Origin: Octopus sinensis
Lineage: Eukaryota
DNA: 13,045 nt
Assembly: GCF_006345805.1 (NCBI RefSeq)
Contig: NW_021826361.1
Location: 1-13,045 of the forward strand
Direction of reading: 5' to 3'
The number at the start of each line of letters is the position of its first letter. The first letter of the stretch is position 1. Made by a program: the position numbers and the translations under genes. The notes beneath the pieces are model-generated. The model was not told where the DNA came from, did not search any database, and saw only the letters and a program-made list of their open reading frames with translations. Shown one piece after another: positions 8,168-13,045 of the stretch.

Positions 8168-8439
8168 TAATCTGTTAAGTATAGAACTGCACTATCTTTA
8201 AAGACTGAATGGGAAGACCTACAAATAGATTTCTGATTTGTTGCAATTCCTCCTCCAGAATTATATCCCAATGATGGTCATATTTCTTGCAAAATATCAT
8301 GTATGAAAATCGCCGAAAACAATCGCAGTGATATGAAACATAGGAATCCAAAATTTCAGGATTGCAGATCCGGATTCGGCCCGGAGTGTCTTTAATTTAC
8401 TCACATATATTGTATTATAATATTATATTGTATTGATCC

Positions 8440-9373
8440 GGCGAGCTGGCAAAGTCGTTAGCACGTGGGCGAAACGCTAAGCGTTATTTCGTCTGCTGTT
8501 AGGCTTTGAGTTCGAATCTCGCCGAGGTCGACTTTGCCTATCATTCTTTCGGGGTCGATGAATTAAGTACCAGTTACGCACTGGGGTCTATGTCTGTCCT
8601 TGTTTGTCCCCTCTGTGTTTAGCCCCTTGTGGGTAGTAAAGAAATAAGTATTTCGTCTGCCGTTAGGCTTTGAGCTCGAATCCCGCCGAAGTCGACTTTG
8701 CCTTTCATCCTTTCGGGGTCGATAAATTAAGTACCAGTTACGCACTGGGGTCGATGTAATCGACTTAATACCTATGTCTGTCCGTGTTTGTCCCCTCTGT
8801 GTTTAGCCCCTTGTGGGTAATAAAGAAATAGGTATTTCGTCTGCCGTTAGGCTTTGAGTTCGAATCTCGCCGAGGTCGATTTTGCCTATCATTCTTTCGG
8901 GGTCGATAAATTAAGTACCAGTTGCGCACTGGGGTCGATGTAATCGACTTAATACCTATGTCTGTCCTTGTTTGTCCCCTCTGTGTTTAGCCCCTTGTGG
9001 GTAATAAAGAAATAGGTATTTCGTCTGCCGCTACGTTCTGAGTTCAAATTCCGCCGAGGTCGACTTTGCCTTTCATCCTTTCGGGGTCGATTAAATAAGT
9101 ACCAGTTACGCACTGGGGTCGATATAATCGACTTAATCCGTTTGTCTGTCCGTGTTTGTCCTCTCTGTGTTTAGCCCCTTGTGGGTAATAAAGAAACAGG
9201 TATTTCGTCTGCCGTTAGGCTTTGAGTTCGAATCCCGCCGAGGTCGACTTTGCCTATCATTCTTTCGGGGTCGATGAAATTTGTACCAGCTACGTACTGG
9301 GTCGATGTTATCGACTTAACCTCTTCCCCTGAAAAATTTGAGGTTTTGTTCTTCCAGTTGAAAAGATTTATTA
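8440..9373 (+). mobile_element. SINE family B with an internal 184-bp tandem array (head + 4 units + terminal unit and tail)
   Basis: tRNA-like head GGCGAGCTGGCAAAGTCGTTAGC. The anchor TATTTCGTCTG recurs at 8485, 8649, 8833, 9017 and 9201 (periods 164, 184, 184, 184). Each unit has a B-box-like GAGTTCGAATC or variant. The last unit switches to a different tail at about 9320. Confidence 0.85.
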
Positions 9374-9856
9374 CAGCTGAAAAAGTGTGACACACTGACA
9401 TTCCTATTTATTTTATTTTGGGGAAAAATTTATTTCAGTTCAAATGTATTTCATATGTATGTATTTATATTAAAGAAAACAAAATTGATAGTGTTCAGTA
9501 TGTTGGCGACAGTAATTTATGTCAAAGAGACATGGTTAAGCAAAGTTGTACATCATCTCCGTCTTTCTCTCACAATCCCACTCTTTCTCTCTCGTTTGTT
9601 ATTACCCCTCCCCCATTGCCACCATCAACACCGCTACTTTTAATAAAACGTCATCAACTCTCCCTAAATTTTAAACAACAAACAGATCGATTGGTTTAAA
9701 TCTCGGGAAGTGAGAAAGTCATTTACATTTCGAGCCTACGCTCGTCAGCAGAGAGGAACAGAGAAATAAACAGGGAGAGAAAGTAGAAAAAGGTTAGCGA
9801 TCTATCATGGCGAATATATGAAATCTCTACATTAAATTGAATATTATGTTCTGGAC

Positions 9857-9870
9857 ACACACACACATAC

Positions 9871-9907
<37 letters not shown>

Positions 9908-9948
9908 GTGTGTGTGTGTGTGTGTTGTGTGTGTGTGTCTGTGTCTGT
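9857..9948. repeat. (CA)n / (TG)n microsatellite
   Basis: Read directly from the sequence. Confidence 0.93.
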
Positions 9949-10025
9949 GTATTTATACATTCATACCCTATGGCCTTATGCAGGCGCACATACTAACTCC
10001 ATACACATATTCACAAAATTATATA

Positions 10026-10440
10026 GGCGCAGGAGTGGCTGTGTGGTAAGTAGCTTGTTTACCAACCACATGGTTTCGGGTTCAGTCCCACTGCGTGGCA
10101 CCTTGGGTAAGTGTCTTCTACTATAGTCTCGGGCTGACCAAAGCCTTGTGAGTGGATTTGGTAGACGGAAACTGAAAGAAGCCCGTCGTATATATGTATA
10201 TATATATATGCGTGTGTGTGTTTGTGCGTCTGTGTTTGCCCCCCTAGCATTGCTTCACAACCGATGCTGGTGTGTTTATGTCCCCGTTATTTAGCCGTTC
10301 GGCAAAAGAGACCGATAGAATAAGTACTGGGCTTACAAAAGAATAAGTCCCGTGGTCGAGTTGCTCGATTAAAGGCGGTGCTCCAGCATGGCCGCAGTCA
10401 AATGACTGAAACAAGTAAAAGAGTAAAAGTGTAAAAGAGT
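10026..10440 (+). mobile_element. tRNA-headed SINE family A, copy 3
   Basis: Same head, body and GTAAAAGAGTAAAAG tail as copy 2. Confidence 0.9.
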
Positions 10441-10740
10441 ACATATGCATATACATATGTATATATATTCATGTATATACATATATATCGATTAAAATAC
10501 ATATATATACATTTGTGTCTGCATGTATATAGGTATACACAGGCGTGTATGTGCGTACGTGTTTGCGTGTGTTTGAGTGCGTGTGCCTGTGTGTGTGGGT
10601 GCCTGTGTGCGTGTATACGCGCGTACATATTTTGTTTTACACTGTAACGTAATCTATATTTGACGTATGATCTTTTTTGTTGCACGAATGATCGTAACCT
10701 GAAACTAATACTTTCAATATTTGTATTTCCCAAGTGTAAT

Positions 10741-10749
10741 CTCTCTCTT

Positions 10750-10784
<35 letters not shown>

Positions 10785-11182
10785 ATCCTTCTTCTCTCTC
10801 TCTCTTTTTCCCTCTCTGTATCTCTCTCTCTCTATGCTCTTCTATCTAGCTCTCTCTCTTTCTCGATATACACGCATATATTCATATATATAAATATATA
10901 TTATAAATATAAAAATATATATATATATCTATATATTATATATATATATATACATATATTCACATACTATATATATATATACATATATATATTTATATAT
11001 ATATATTGTATTATATATATACACATATATATATATACATATATATTTATATATATATATGTATATATATATGTATATATTATATATATACATGTGTATA
11101 TACATATATATATATGTATCTATATATATGTACATATGTGTATCTGTATGTGTCTTTGTGTGTGTGTGTGTGTGTGTGTGTG
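10741..11182. repeat. Compound (CT)n, (TA)n, (TG)n microsatellite
   Basis: (CT)n 10741-10863, (TA)n about 10880-11140, (TG)n about 11157-11182. Confidence 0.95.
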
Positions 11183-11294
11183 AATAACATGAAACAGACA
11201 AAATACTTAAACGTTATATCAAAGAATAGAACAGCCGAAACACTCCCAGGAATTCTTTGAAGATGGTAGAATTGATACAACAATCAGAGTACCA

Positions 11295-11346
11295 TTTACC
11301 TGTTTCAGTCATTGGGCTGCGGCCAAACTGGAGCACAGCCTTCAAG
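11295..11346 (-). mobile_element. Diverged 3' fragment of a family-A-related SINE
   Basis: TTTACCTGTTTCAGTCATTGGGCTGCGGCCAAACTGGAGCACAGCC resembles the family A 3' end. Confidence 0.65.
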
Positions 11347-11773
11347 GGTCGATTTCAACCAGTCGGCCTTATGAAGTATATCGAGAAAGCTAACGCTTCC
11401 TTGTTCGATAAATTCTCCAAGAAAGCATGGCGTGGAGAGTAACATAACACTGTTTAATGATTACCAAAATTATTTTGAGTATATTTATGGTTCTCAGTCG
11501 TGGTCCGTGTGATCTTTGGCGATTCGTATAAGATTTTGTTGGTAAAACTTATTTGCGTTTGGTTGGGTATACCTCTGCAACACGCAAAATATTATCACAA
11601 TATTTTGAACAACTCCTAATATTGAATTACAAAAATATGACAGGATTTTTTAAAAAACTTTGAATGGCTATGAGGATCCAGTTAAATAAACCCTTGTTGA
11701 CAATAAGAGAAATTATTATAATAATAGTAATTATTATTATCATCATCATCATCATCATCATCGTTATTATTAT

Positions 11774-12188
11774 TACTCTTTTTACTCTTTTTACTTGTTT
11801 CAGTCATTTGACTGCGGCTATGCTGGAGCACCGCCTTTAGTCGAGCAAATCAACCCCGGAACTTATTCTTTGGAAGCCCAGTACTTACTCTATCGGTCTC
11901 TTTTGCCGAACCGCTAAGTGACGGGGACGTAAACACACCAGCATCGGTTGTCAAGCAATGCTAGGGGGACAAACACACACACACACAAACACGCACACAC
12001 ACATATATATATATATACATATATACGACAGGCTTCTTTCAGTTTCTGTCTACCAAATCCACTCACAAGGCATCGGTCGGCCCGGGGCTCTAGCAGAAGA
12101 CACATGCCCAAGATGCCACGCAGTGGGACTGAACCCGGAACCATGTGGTTGGTTAGCAAGCTACTTACCACACAGCCACTCCTGCGCC
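11774..12188 (-). mobile_element. tRNA-headed SINE family A, copy 4
   Basis: Reverse complement of copies 2 and 3; abuts a (TTA)n tract. Confidence 0.9.
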
Positions 12189-12278
<90 letters not shown>

Positions 12279-12316
12279 CATTATTATTATTATCACATCA
12301 TCATCATCATCATTAT
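12189..12316. repeat. (TTA)n then (CAT)n microsatellite just upstream of the exon acceptor
   Basis: Read directly from the sequence. Confidence 0.96.
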
Positions 12317-12364
12317 CGTTATATTAATGCTATTATTGTTTTCTCTTTTTTTCTCGGTCCCCAG

Positions 12365-12544
12365 CAAATGGAATTAAAAGGACAGATGATTCACCTTCAG
12401 GAGTCAGACGCCATCTTATTTCTAGGTTCACCGAGCGTCGAGAAACTTGATGAAATGATTGGCAAGGGAATCTATATATCAGATATACCGATCCATGATG
12501 CGACCAGGGACGTCATACTAGTCGGAGAACAATCAAAAGCACAG
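12365..12544 (+). CDS. GUCY1A: Internal coding exon (60 codons, phase 0-0) of a soluble guanylate cyclase alpha subunit, PAS/HNOBA domain into the start of the coiled coil
   Basis: Translates to [60 protein letters not shown]. This matches the sGC alpha signature as I recall it (KGQMI...[36 protein letters not shown]). It is preceded by a polypyrimidine tract and CCCCAG acceptor (AG 12363-12364), with a candidate branch site TTAAT at 12324-12328. It is followed by the canonical donor CAG|GTAAGT at 12545. Confidence 0.95.
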
Positions 12545-12873
12545 GTAAGTACCGTGTCTGACTCATCTATAATTGCATCTGTGGATTGGAGTGAGGTGTC
12601 TTTTGCTGTGACTGTGTGGTTGAGCAACAGTTGTGCAGAGGAATTTCCTCAACTCATCTCCTCCTGTTTCTTCAGACATCCCTTGTTTTCCAATGATAGA
12701 ACTGGAGTTAGGTGAAGTCTTTGGTCTTTGGAAGTTCTTTTCGATCCACGAGATTTGATGTTAATAACGTTCCTCTTGAAAAAGGCGACGAAACGGAAGA
12801 ACCCTTAATAGTTAGAAACACAAAACACAGGAAAAAGTAAAATAAAGAGTTTAGATATACCTATGCATATATA

Positions 12874-13045
12874 CTTTTCTACTCTAGACACAGGGTCCGA
12901 AAATTTGAGGGAGGGGCAAGTCGATTCGATCGACCCCAGTGCGCAACTAGTTCTTAATCTATCGATCCTGAAAGGATGAAAGGCATAGTCGACATCGGCG
13001 ACTCAGAACGTAACGGCAGACGAAATACCTATTTCTTTACTACCC
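12874..13045 (-). mobile_element. SINE family B, terminal unit and tail, running off the window
   Basis: Minus strand GGGTAGTAAAGAAATAGGTATTTCGTCTGCCGTTACGTTCTGAG...CTGGGGTCGATCGAATCGACTT matches the array units. Confidence 0.85.

Noticed and set aside
8818-9192. AATAAA in the family B linkers as intronic poly(A) signals
   Set aside because: The hexamer is common in this AT-rich DNA, and no downstream element was identified.
8485-9320. CRISPR-like appearance of the regular array
   Set aside because: Whole 184-bp units repeat with no unique spacers, the context is eukaryotic, and no cas genes are present.
11230-11245. CAGCCGAAAC resembling a hammerhead 3' box
   Set aside because: There is no upstream CUGANGA or GGCUG stem partner and no NUH with stem I pairing.
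11948-12715. 255-aa ORF as a single-exon gene
   Set aside because: It is a chance fusion of antisense SINE, (TTA)n, the true 60-codon exon and downstream intron. Only 12365-12544 is bounded by splice sites and has homology.

Overview
AT-rich, microsatellite-dense eukaryotic DNA. The repeat families look like Octopus/cephalopod repeats; this is from memory and not verified by search. Almost the whole window appears to be one large intron upstream of a single 180-nt, phase 0-0 coding exon (12365-12544, +) of a soluble guanylate cyclase alpha subunit (PAS/HNOBA region). The intron holds four full-length copies of one tRNA-headed SINE (family A), a second SINE organised as a 184-bp tandem array (family B, plus an inverted copy after the exon), a third SINE with a 10-bp TSD nested in a hAT-like MITE, a 5'-damaged tRNA-Gly(GCC) pseudogene and many simple repeats. 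The most interesting signal is a repeat tail carrying a minimal type I hammerhead ribozyme motif of the Penelope-like kind, present in three copies. One copy appears to be the tail of a composite element (tRNA-like Pol III head + microsatellite + ribozyme tail), and the other two form a head-to-head fold-back dimer. A separate near-perfect hairpin carries the 3' half of a different hammerhead. Nearly all ORFs in the supplied track are simple-repeat or SINE artefacts.
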